This document shows positions 37,154-47,689 of a DNA stretch of 64,000 nucleotides, piece by piece (the stretch's first letter is position 1; each line of letters opens with the position of its first letter). Under the pieces are notes generated by a model. That model ran no database searches. It was not told the origin of the DNA and saw only the letters and a program-made list of their open reading frames with translations. The DNA is from Takakia lepidozioides (Eukaryota > Plantae > Bryophyta). The stretch is taken from NCBI GenBank assembly GCA_030704615.1, contig CM060731.1, forward strand, positions 73,532,001 through 73,596,000. The letters are read 5' to 3'. The translations under genes were made by a program, and so were the position numbers.

Positions 37154-39553
37154 ATGCAAGTGTTGACTCAGGCACAGTTGTTCGTTGGCCAGCAGACTGG
37201 CAGACTGGGTAGCACGTCCACCGCCACTTTTGAGAGAGGACCAAGGGAGGGAGTCCACAAGAACTCCTCTGACCCTTGTGGGTATTTGAGGACACTATGC
37301 AAGTCAAGACGACTGAGAGACGCAGTGTACATTCTGAACCACCAAAGCATTCAGCCAGACTCCAGTACTTATGTCTGTCTCTTGCAGGAGTGCATCAAAG
37401 TGAAAGACCTGGCAGAAGGAAAGCAGGTGCACACCCACATTATCCAAAGTGCATTCAAGCCAAACATGTTTCTACTCAACACTCTTGTCAACATGTATGC
37501 TAAGTGTGGAAGTGTGGTGGATGCACGCCAAGTATTTGACAAAATGCCTGAACGAGATATGTTTACATGGAGTATAATGATAGCAGGATATACCAAGCAT
37601 GGGTATGGTAGGGAGGCTTTCAAGATCTATGACCAATTGCAAGTGGAAAGGGTGACCCCAAATAAGGTCATGTTCATTTGTATTCTTAATGCGTGTGCCA
37701 GCCTAGGAGCCCTGGAAAAGGGCAAAAAGATCCATGCTGACATCATCAAAGCTGGAGTGACACCAGATATCATTTTGGAGACTGCCCTGGCTGGAATGTA
37801 TGCCAAATGTGGGAGCATGAAGGATGCGCGACATGTGTTCGACACCATGGCTCAACGAGATCTTGTCTCATGGAATGCCATGATTGCAGGATATGCTCAG
37901 CATGGGTATGGTAGGGAAGCTTTAGAGATCTATGAGCAAATGCAAAGGGAAAGGGTGATGCCCAACAGGGTCACATTTATTTGTATTCTCAATGCTTGTG
38001 CCAGCATCACAACCCTGGAAAAGGGCAAAGAGGTCCATGCTGTGATCGTCAAAGCTGGAATTTCTGCGGATGTTGTTCTGGAGACTGCCCTTGCTGACAT
38101 GTATGCCAAATGCGGGAGCATGAAGGATGCCCATCAAATATTCAAGAATATGGTTAAAAAAACCGTAGTCTCATGGAACTCCATTATCACAGGGTATGCT
38201 CAGCATGGGTGTGGTAGGGAGGCTTTTGAGATGTATGAGCAAATGCAACGGGAAAGGGTGACACCTAACAGGGTCACATTCATTTCCGTTCTCAATGCTT
38301 GTGCCGGCCTAAGATCCCTGGAAAAGGGCAAAGAGGTCCATGGTGATATTATAGAAGCTGGAATTGCACTAGAAGTCATTCTGGAGACTGCTCTTGCTGA
38401 CATGTATGCCAAGTGCGGGAGCATGAAGGACGCACGTCAAGTCTTCGACAATATGGCCAAACAAGATGTAGTCTCATGGAGTGCAATGATCAGGGGATAT
38501 GCTCAGGATGGTTGCTACAGGGAGGCCTTCGAGATTTATGAGCAAATGCAAAGGCAAGCGTTGACACCTGACAGGGTCACATTCGGTTCCATTCTCAATG
38601 TGTGTGCCAGCCTAGGGGACCTGGAAAGGAGCAAGCGGATCCATGCTGACATAAGCAAAAGTGGAGTTGCACTAGATACAATTCTGGAAAATACCCTTGT
38701 TGACATTTATGCCAAATGTGGGAGCATGAAGGATGCTTGTCAAGTGTTCAACAGTATGGCTAATCGAAACGTGGTCTCTTGGAGCGCGATGATAGCAGGA
38801 TATGTTAAAAATGGCTGTGGCATCGAGGCTTTTGAGATCTATGAGCAAATGCAACGAGAAGAGGTGACCCCTGACAGAATCACCTTCATTTCTATTCTCA
38901 ATACTTGCGCAAGCCTGCGTGCCCTGGAAAAGGGCAAACTGGTCCATGCTGACATCATGAATTCTGAAATTGCGTCATATGTTAATTTGGAAAACTCCCT
39001 TATTGACATGTATGCCAAATGTGGGGCCATCAAGGAAGCACGTCAAGTATTCAACAACATGGTTGAACGAGATGTGGTCTCCTGGAGTGCAATGATTGCG
39101 GGATATGGTCAGCATGGGTGTGGGAGGGAGGCCCTGCAACTATTTGAACAATTGCAACAGGCAGGCTTTAAGCCCAACTGTGTTACCTTTGTATCTCTTC
39201 TCTCTACATGTAGCCATGTGGGCTTAGTGGATGAAGGCCATCACTACTTCTATTCCATGATTCAAGATCATGGCCTCACCCCTGCAGTGGAGCATTTTAG
39301 CTGCATGGTGGACCTTCTTGGCCGTGCAGGGCAGTTGGATCAGGCGGAGGACTTCATTAACAGCATGCCCATCAAACCGGATGTCCAGGTGTGGATTGCC
39401 TTGCTTGGTGCCTGCAGAGTTCATGGCAATGTAGAGGCAGCTGAACATGTGGCGAAAAGCGTTCTTGAGACTGATCCAGAGAACCCTGCAGCTTATGTGC
39501 CGCTCTCGAACATCAATGCTGCGGTTGGAGATGGGATGATGAAGCAAAAGTGA
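37154..39553 (+). CDS. PLS-class pentatricopeptide repeat protein (organellar RNA-editing factor type), intronless, six L-S-P triplets plus L2-S2-E1 and partial E2
   Basis: 799-aa ORF; repeated (M/I)YAKCG, VSW(N/S)AMI.GY and TF..ILNAC motifs; CSHVGLVDEG, CMVDLLGRAG, WIALLGACRVHG, AAYVPLSN. Confidence 0.97.
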   Translation: MQVLTQAQLFVGQQTGRLGSTSTATFERGPREGVHKNSSDPCGYLRTLCKSRRLRDAVYILNHQSIQPDSSTYVCLLQECIKVKDLAEGKQVHTHIIQSAFKPNMFLLNTLVNMYAKCGSVVDARQVFDKMPERDMFTWSIMIAGYTKHGYGREAFKIYDQLQVERVTPNKVMFICILNACASLGALEKGKKIHADIIKAGVTPDIILETALAGMYAKCGSMKDARHVFDTMAQRDLVSWNAMIAGYAQHGYGREALEIYEQMQRERVMPNRVTFICILNACASITTLEKGKEVHAVIVKAGISADVVLETALADMYAKCGSMKDAHQIFKNMVKKTVVSWNSIITGYAQHGCGREAFEMYEQMQRERVTPNRVTFISVLNACAGLRSLEKGKEVHGDIIEAGIALEVILETALADMYAKCGSMKDARQVFDNMAKQDVVSWSAMIRGYAQDGCYREAFEIYEQMQRQALTPDRVTFGSILNVCASLGDLERSKRIHADISKSGVALDTILENTLVDIYAKCGSMKDACQVFNSMANRNVVSWSAMIAGYVKNGCGIEAFEIYEQMQREEVTPDRITFISILNTCASLRALEKGKLVHADIMNSEIASYVNLENSLIDMYAKCGAIKEARQVFNNMVERDVVSWSAMIAGYGQHGCGREALQLFEQLQQAGFKPNCVTFVSLLSTCSHVGLVDEGHHYFYSMIQDHGLTPAVEHFSCMVDLLGRAGQLDQAEDFINSMPIKPDVQVWIALLGACRVHGNVEAAEHVAKSVLETDPENPAAYVPLSNINAAVGDGMMKQK

Positions 39554-39910
39554 GGAAAATGATGGAGGACAAAGGTATGGGGATGTAGCCAGGGCAGAGC
39601 TGCATGGAGGTCTGCCAGGGGTGCATACATTTCTTGCAGAAGACATTACATCCACAAATTAATGAAATCCATACTGAGCTGAACAGATTGAAATGGGTGG
39701 ATGGAGGAATCTGGGTGCATGCCTGACGGTGGCTTTCTATTGAACGATATCGACCAGGAGCAGGAGTTTCTCTTTGCCTCCTGGAGAAGCTGGCCATTGC
39801 TTTTGGACTCATCTGCACACCACCCAGGATGCCTATCCATGTTATCCAGAACCTCCAGGTGTGTGGTGACTGCCACACAGCCACCACTTCATCTTCAAGA
39901 TTGTAGGGTG
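39525..39910 (+). pseudogene. Decayed E2/E+/DYW cytidine deaminase tail of the PPR gene
   Basis: Out-of-frame remnants [57 protein letters not shown]. The HxE histidine and the terminal tripeptide are missing. Confidence 0.85.
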
Positions 39911-40886
39911 ACACCAGAGAGTGACACGGAGCGGGTGACATAATGGGAGTGACACTAGTAGTTGGAGAGACACTGGAGCGTCATTGGACAAAGGACTAAC
40001 TCCCACATGGTCACTTGGTGTCACAAAGTTTAAGTATGGAAAGTACAAAATAATTGGAGTGACACGGATCCGGGTGATATAGCAATCCAACAAGGATCAA
40101 ACCTTGCACCTCATGTCTACCATCAGCATTACCGTGCGAGTGGAGCAGTTCTTGTGCAGGATTTCGAGCAATTTCACCACTTCCAAAATGGGGTTTGTTT
40201 GTGTGGGGATGATCTACATTATTTGCGTGTGACTCCATATGCAATCCAACCAATCAATTCGCAGGATACAAAGTTTGGAAGGGCCTGTTCGGCCACCATG
40301 TCGGATGTAAACAGTGTATTTGGGATGTGCGGCCAGATGGATTCTATAGGGCCCAAATGGGAAACGATCCGAGTTCAATCACATCAGAATGAGAGTGAAG
40401 CTCTGAATTTCTTAAGCTTTTGGGTTAAATCAAATCCGAGTGTCATGCGCGACAACTCAATTCATCAAACTTGGCACCAAAATTGAACATCACCAAATAG
40501 ATCGATTCGTCATCCAGTGCCATAAGGCTACCCGAATACAGTCAGGGATTAACACACTTCTCTGAGTGCTGGGTTGATTAGGCAGTGAAACGCCTTTAAA
40601 CACATAAGGCAATAAGGTGGAGTTCAATCTCCCCAGATCATACTCCATGAAGAGAAACCAGAGACAACAACCCTTGCACACACATGATCGATGAGAGCTT
40701 CCTTCACTGCTCAAGTCTGCTCAAGTAACGATTCACAAATGAATCCAACTACAACCATTTCAACAAGAGCTTTGCAACAAAGATCCTAGAAATAATGCCC
40801 TTAGTTGAAACTTCAAGGCCCCAGATTTGGACCTCGACACCTATAATCATATCTGTAAAATGAAATTAGTGGACATGAAGTCAATA

Positions 40887-43547
40887 TTATTCACAGATGA
40901 CATCAGAGTAGAAGCCAATAGTCCTTCTTTTGCAGTCTTTTACCTCCAATAGTTCCACATCAAACACCTCAAATTGCTTGGCACTAAAAAAAGTTGATGG
41001 TCCCACCTGCAGAAGTAACCACTATGTTAGTAACAAGACTTTGCAAGATCTTCAACCTTTCTTCCTTGAATTAACCCCCCTTCTCATCAAACCATAGCAC
41101 TATCATTGGGTCAGTGACAAGGCATCATGAGCAGGGACGTCAATCTCCGCTGCAGCTAACTCGAAGGTTCACTTACATGAAACTCTCACTGTTGATACTG
41201 GTCGATGCAAGACTCAATTCGTGTGAAGGGGATTACTCAATGCATGATCCATACAACTAAGCTCTCAAATGAAGACAGGGAGATTGGCCCTCTGACGTTT
41301 TGAGGGAAAGGTATAACTTAGTTTGCCGTGCATTGCAAATAAGGACAATATTGCATTAGTTTGTATTGTAGCATTCTCAACTTCATAATTGAAAGGCAGG
41401 AGCTACTGCCAGACAAACTTACTGGAGGCCCGAGTTCCGGAGGAATGACAATACGACGCTTGCCACCAAGCCGCATGGTGCGGATGCCTTCTTCAAATCC
41501 TGGTGAAAAAAACAAATCCCATCACAAAATGCAGTATGGAGAATTTACCAATCAGGTACCCAGCTTTCAGGTAGTCCCAAATAGACCTTTCCCACCAGAA
41601 CATCATTCACCCTCTGACATGAGGGGGCACAAGCGACAGTAAATCCAAAAAGAGAGACGATGGCATTTGTACCAGTAGATAAACATTTCTCGTCTTAAGG
41701 GACATTTGCATGCAACATGGCTTGTTGTAGCCTTGTTCCTACTTCAGCAAGAGCAGGTGGAGCTGGTTCAAGCTACTTTTGTACTCTCTGGTCAAGACAG
41801 AATCCACCCCACTATTCAAAAGAAAGTTCACATCTCATCAAGTGGACGTGTATGTACCGGGTATCATTCCTTTGATGCCAAGGCGGGTGCGCGCAGGTTG
41901 GCCCTGCTGATAGCTGCTGTCTACTCGGCGTCCAGACTCATTGTACCCTGTGTAATGAAACACTACCTGCCACAACACAAATTCATTAGAGAGTCACTAA
42001 TTTTTTTTTTAAGTGTGGTCATCCTTTCAAAATAGAGCAACAAGTTGAAAGTAGAAAAGTAGGACCAATGCATGAAAGTCATAGGGGATAATGTGAAACT
42101 GCCATAGAAGTTAGCGGAGATGTATTTTGAAGCGTGTCAACAATGGCTGTGCTGATTCCAGTAGAGAGCTGTGCCATTCAGCATACCAGTTACATGCAAG
42201 CAGTACAGTTGAATGCACCTGACAGATTTTTTATCCTTCATTGAAAAATATGTTTCTTTTCTTTGGTGCAAGGGTTGGGACAAAAAACCTGTTGGCCATC
42301 CTGGGGACAGCTGCCCTGCCCTTCCACTAGGTCAAAGTAAATGAGCCCTGACTGTGCCTTCACATACTTGTCACTGGTTACCACCTTCACATCAAACCCT
42401 GTTGCCAAGTTACCATGCAGTAGTCAGAGAAGAGCCACTTCCATGGACTGAGGGCTCAAGTACATCAATCGAGGACACAAAAAGGCTACTTGCAGGTATA
42501 GGCTACGTCCGTATGCAGTAATGTAGACTTGCATAGATTCAGTAGTATAAGATCAAAAATTTTGGGGATAGAATCAGGAGTGAATGGGATCCTGGCCATG
42601 TTTTCTGCTTTGCTGGCCAAGCTAAGCCAATGGAAAGATACATTTCAACGGCAAAAGCTACTGTGGTGTCAAACATCATGACTCGTACAATTTATTCAAA
42701 CTTGATTCAACATCAACCAGCTCCCTAGGTGTAACAGTACTCTGGTTTCTGTGACCTCTTCAGATGGGTAGTGGAAGACTCAGCCAAAAAATAGTGTCAG
42801 CAATCAAATGAACACCCAGGAAAGAAGAACCCTGGAAACAAGGAGCAGAGACCTTCGTATCCAGTACGAGAAATAATAGAAGAAACGAAAACCTGAACAG
42901 GCAAATAGCGAGAAGAGAAGACAACGAGGAATCTCACTAACCATTTCAAAGTTCAGCCTAAAAACTAATGCATTTTATCTCTTTACTAAAGAGACAGAAG
43001 CACAAAGAGACAGAAAGGTACCTTCTCGAATGAAGCCAGGAAAGTCAAGAGGTGCACTGTTGAGTGTCTGCATGCGTCGGTTCTGCTCAAGCAGCCGTTT
43101 CTCATCAAAAGGACTTCTACGATCCGACTGAGAAATTGCAAGAGCAGGCCCTCCCTCTGCCCATCTTCCTACAATCAAGGCACTCGCTAATTCCATTGTA
43201 AAAAGCGCCAAATCCCGACGACCCAATATTTCCTGGTTGCCGGATGATTCATTTAGTGAGGTTGAATGTGTCTGTCTCAAAGCAGGGTGGGTCTTTATGT
43301 TTTTCGCTGAAAGTCCCCTCCGACACTTTTCTTCTTCATTGATCGAGTAACGCGACCACGCTTCACCACATACATTGTGAATGCCACCTCCCCGAAATCC
43401 ACCCAACACTCTGTTGCCATTGCACGACCCTCCGAAAGCATGTCCGCCGAGCCTTGATGCATCAGAAACTGAAACAAAATGTGTTTCCGAAAGAAGACGA
43501 GAACGTGGAGATGCAGGAAACAGATGTGCAGCAGGAATCACTGGCAT
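40887..43547 (-). CDS. FKBP20-2: Chloroplast thylakoid-lumen FKBP-type peptidyl-prolyl isomerase, 5 exons (43547-43022, 42398-42289, 41966-41858, 41499-41423, 41006-40887)
   Basis: Transit peptide with RR/hydrophobic/ALA signal, then SPFDEKRLLEQNRR..FPGFIREG|FDVKVV..SGLIY..DGQQ|VVFHYTGYNESGRRVDS..|FEEGIRTMRLGGKRRIVIPPELGPP|VGPSTFFSAKQFEVFDVELL..RRTIGFYSDVICE*. All introns are GT-AG and in phase. Confidence 0.93.
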
Positions 43548-43724
43548 AGCTTCTTCTCAGCAGCTGCGATACGGTGAGAGAGACGATATCAGAGATTTCC
43601 TTTACTGGGACTTATCTCTAGTTTCCGGGGTTTTCTTTTTGCATGGATTTTTTTCCCTGAAATAAATTAACTAACAATATATGGGGGATTACAAAGGATG
43701 CAGGGATTTGTTTTTAAGAAATAC

Positions 43725-44275
43725 TTAGGATGCTACCTCTTTCCAGACGGCCACCCAATCTGCACCATGAGGGACCACGTCTCTACATGTTTTCTCCCAT
43801 TTGTTGGTGAGAGGACGAGAAGGATGGAGAAGTGAGTATCCCAGTTTTGCAGAGCAAGCAAATAAGGGCTGTTTATGTTGTTGTGATCCACCTCCGTTCT
43901 CCGGGGTGGAACTGGAGACAGGAAGGGGCAGTTTATCATGCCAAGTTAAGTCAACCTTGGATAGCCAGGCCGGGAAGCTGTGACAGATGAGCAAACCAAG
44001 GTTTCGGGATGGCCGAGGTGATGCAAGCTGTCAAAATCTCCACTATGTGAATGCTCACCGATGGAGGCAAAAACGCATTAGGAACCAGGTCCTGCGAGGC
44101 CTCTGACCATAGATCTCTGAACGTAGAAACTCCAGCCTGCTCCCATGGAGCCCACCGGGAAGAGCAGTGTACCAGAGTGTCATTATCCAAGGTGAAGTTC
44201 CCAAACAAGGGTTGGCGCAGCACCTCGTCCCTGTTGCAGGGTGAGGACTGGGTGAGGTGGGTGCGGACCTTGTGC
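43725..44275 (-). mobile_element. Short degenerate LINE (L1-like ORF2 C-terminal) fragment
   Basis: LRQPLFGN..WEQAGVSTFRDLW..AIPKPW resembles the post-RT region of L1-type ORF2. Confidence 0.45.
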
Positions 44276-44603
44276 CATCATCAGTGAATTAGTGAATAAT
44301 ATATTATATATATGATATCAGTGAATCAGTGAATTAGTGAGGCAAGTGGCCATTTTACTCAAATCAAAGAGGGGAAGAAAACCCCAGCAGGCATTGAAAA
44401 TGTCACAAGACTGGAAATATGGGGCCACCACTGATCAAGCCAGCCCCAACCTGCCAGGACTCTACCTGCATAGCAAAGTTCAAATGGGCCTTGCCCAGAA
44501 GCTATGACAAAGCAATGCCAGAGATAGCTAAAAAAACAGATGCTGCCATATCCCTATAAATCTGTCCTGAGTACAAAGTTGTGCTGTGCAGCTAGGTCCA
44601 GTA

Positions 44604-46127
44604 CTATATCCACCTCATGTGAAGCCAAGAACAAGAAATCATCATGAGGGAGGTTGCCATGGAGAGTGGAGCAGCTGCTGCTGTCTCCCTGCCTACGCAA
44701 AACTGAAAGAAAGAACAGGAAAAAAACGGGGTGAGAGCTGTTGCGGACATGTTTGGGCACATTAGAACTGTGAACTGGAAGGGTCCTGATCCTAAGCACA
44801 GATACTGACCAACATATGGATCTCGTGGAGCAGCCGATGGCCCTGCAAAATACAAACCAATCAATCTTACACGATGAGAAGTAATCCCCAAAAGTCTTCC
44901 GTCTACACCTTTAGTTAGAAAGGAGGCCACGTTGCTGTTCCACAGTTGCAATGACAAACACTGTTTGAACACACATGTGGGCAAATTAGAACTGTAGAAG
45001 TAAAAGTAAAAGTAAATTAAAGCTATATATCCACTAGCAGGTACCGAGTGAAGACACTGATGATTTCCAGGTGCAGCCGATGGCCCTCCAACATACAAAC
45101 CATCAAGTACGGTATATAGTTCACTCACGAAGGTCAACTATGATAGGTCTTCACAGACCACATTTGTTGCTAGAGTACAATGTAAACTAGAGCACAATAA
45201 AGACCACTCTACATGCATCAACTCAAAAAGTTTCCCGAGTCAACAAGCAACAGGATTGATTACAAAGAGCTTTCCTAGACAAGATTGCTCTCATATTGCT
45301 TGAACTAAGATCTGTCTTTATGCTCAAACCAAACAATTACAAAAAAACGCTGGGAACTACATATTTGGGAAACCAAACAACCAAACAAACAAACAGACTC
45401 CAATCAAGACAAAAACTGCTTGAACCCACATATTTCAGTAGACTACAACCCTAGACTGAAAATGTCGTGAGCAAAGAGACTGACCAACATACGGATATCC
45501 AGGTGCAGCAGATGGCCCTGCAACACACCAACCATCAATTACTTGCCCACAAAGATGAGGCTTTTCTAAATTAGGCCATACTGCTATTCCAATACGACAT
45601 CAACTACATGACAATAAAAGGTAGATGGATCAATTTCAACGAGGCCTCCCCCCAGTCAAGATTTTACAGAAAGTGCTTAAACTTGCATATTGGGGTAAGA
45701 TGGATAATTGAGTGGAAAGTTCATGAGAAGCACTATTGACCTTTATATGGATTTCCTAGAGCAGCTGATGGCGTTGTATGAATCAAGTCCAGAATTTACT
45801 CACACAGGTCCACGACGATGACGACCCTAGAAGTCTTCCCTCAAGAATTTACAAAATGCTTGAACCCACATATTTGGGAGAATAAGACTTCAAACTGAAA
45901 ACATCCTGGGATAAAAATTGACCTTCCTGGTGCAACTGATGGGCCTGTGACATACAACCGATCAAGTCCATATTGAATCCACACGATGACAAAACCCCTC
46001 TACACCAATCCATAATATACAGAAGATACTTCAAGCCAAATATTTGTGCAAATTGGAAATTTAGACTGAAAAGTTCCTGAGCCAAAATACTGACCTTTAT
46101 ATGGATTTCCAGGTGCGGCTGATGGCC
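44604..46127 (-). CDS. 3' part of a gene with tandemly duplicated 33-bp micro-exons (GPSAAPxxPYx) and a hydrophobic, GPI-signal-like last exon
   Basis: Intact CAG|33 nt|GTCAGT exons at 46127-46095, 45517-45485 and 44842-44810. Three degenerate copies lie near 45935, 45755 and 45075. The last exon, 44692-44604, reads GRETAAAAPLSMATSLMMISCSWLHMRWI* in matching phase. Confidence 0.65.
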
Positions 46128-46434
46128 CTGTAACATACAAACAATCAAGTCCATAATTTACTGTCACGGGACCACGAAGCAAAATTCCCCAGAAGCTTTC
46201 CCTCTACACTTCAGTGGACAGAGAGATCACACCGATGTTCCAATACGACATGACATCGAGTACAATAAAGGCCACTCTCCATGGAGCAATTTCGATGAGG
46301 CCTCCATATTAAAAAACAAAACACAGGAATTAATTACAATGAACTTCTAATCTCCACATACTACAATGCGCCCGTACAACTCGAACTAAGAGCACACTTC
46401 ATCTGCCTCCTGGAGTATGATCCAAACAGTTTAA

Positions 46435-47652
46435 CCCTTAAGTGTCAAACCGACCCGTTTTGGGTTGGTTAGGTTTCTTTAACCAGCCATAACTTCCTGT
46501 GGTTAAGGCTGATTGGCCTTTTTTTTGGCTCAATGGACAGATAATCGGGTCCCCCTTCATATGGCATTGACCAATTGGTCAATGCTTGAAGGGGTAGGGA
46601 TCTCGATCAATTGGAAGGGGGCCAACTCAGCTTTTGAGGCCATTTTGGCACCCCTAACCTGCCCAAGTTGCTGACATGGCAACTGCGGTCAGGTTAGGGT
46701 GAATGAATGATACCCCATAAAGGGATGGGCGGCACGCTTCCCCCAACCCATTGATTGCCCGGTGGGTATGGCGGCCTGCGCAGGTCTGGGTATTCCCAGG
46801 CCTGCATCCTAACCTGAGATCGACCGAGATGGCTGCTCCAGCCAACACGATGGGCGTGCTCATAGCACGGCGGACTGGAGGGAGTGCAGCCACGATGGCG
46901 GCAGAGCTCGCGGCTCGAGAAAATCTCCGGTGGGCCAAACCCAGGCAGGGGGTTTGATAAGGTTGCCCATGAAAGCAGGGCCGGGTAGCCAGAGGAGCTC
47001 CCAAACCCCGCGCCCTTCTGGGCTATGGCTCCAAATATCCTAGGTTTGCAGGCTATACCAAAGGTGTGCCATTTGAAGTCTTGGGCAGGGAACCTAAGGA
47101 TGCGGTGCATTGGCTGATTGGCCTCAAAGTTGTTCGGGGACTTCATATGGAAGCCCATGACATTTCAACCAGAGGGATTAGGGGTTGACCGGCTGCATTT
47201 TTTTGTACAATTTTAGGAAGAGAGATTTTGGCCTGCCCAAAGAAAATGGCATATTTTGACCCCCCAATTTGTCACTACAAAGGAGCCCACTTGAGAACAT
47301 TTGAGAAAAAACTGAAATTTTATGAGAATGTGTGTTATCAGGTATGGAACAACATTTTTGAGACTCTCAAACAGCAAAAATTAAAAATTCCCAAATACGA
47401 GCAAAAAACTGCTTTTTTTGGCACCTAGTTCTTAGTGGAGATTTTTTTTTGTCCCCACTCTACACTTTATAATCTTCAGATCTGGCAGTTGGATTTTGGT
47501 GAAACTTTTTGTGGTAGGAGGTGGGGTAGGTGGAAAGTAATTCCAACGGTCAGTTTTACAGGGACACATAGATTCTCTAGATAATTTTTTTTTTGTGGGC
47601 CAGGGTCATGTTTTTCCACAAGAGGGTGAAAATGAGTTTTGACACTTAAGGG
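46435..47652. mobile_element. Non-autonomous piggyBac-like DNA transposon (TTAA TSD, CCC..GGG termini)
   Basis: TTAA(46431-46434)-CCCTTAAGTGTCAAA ... TTTGACACTTAAGGG-TTAA(47653-47656): a 15-bp perfect TIR with no transposase inside. Confidence 0.85.
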
Positions 47653-47689
47653 TTAATCAACACAAAAATTGTCGAACCCACACATTAAC

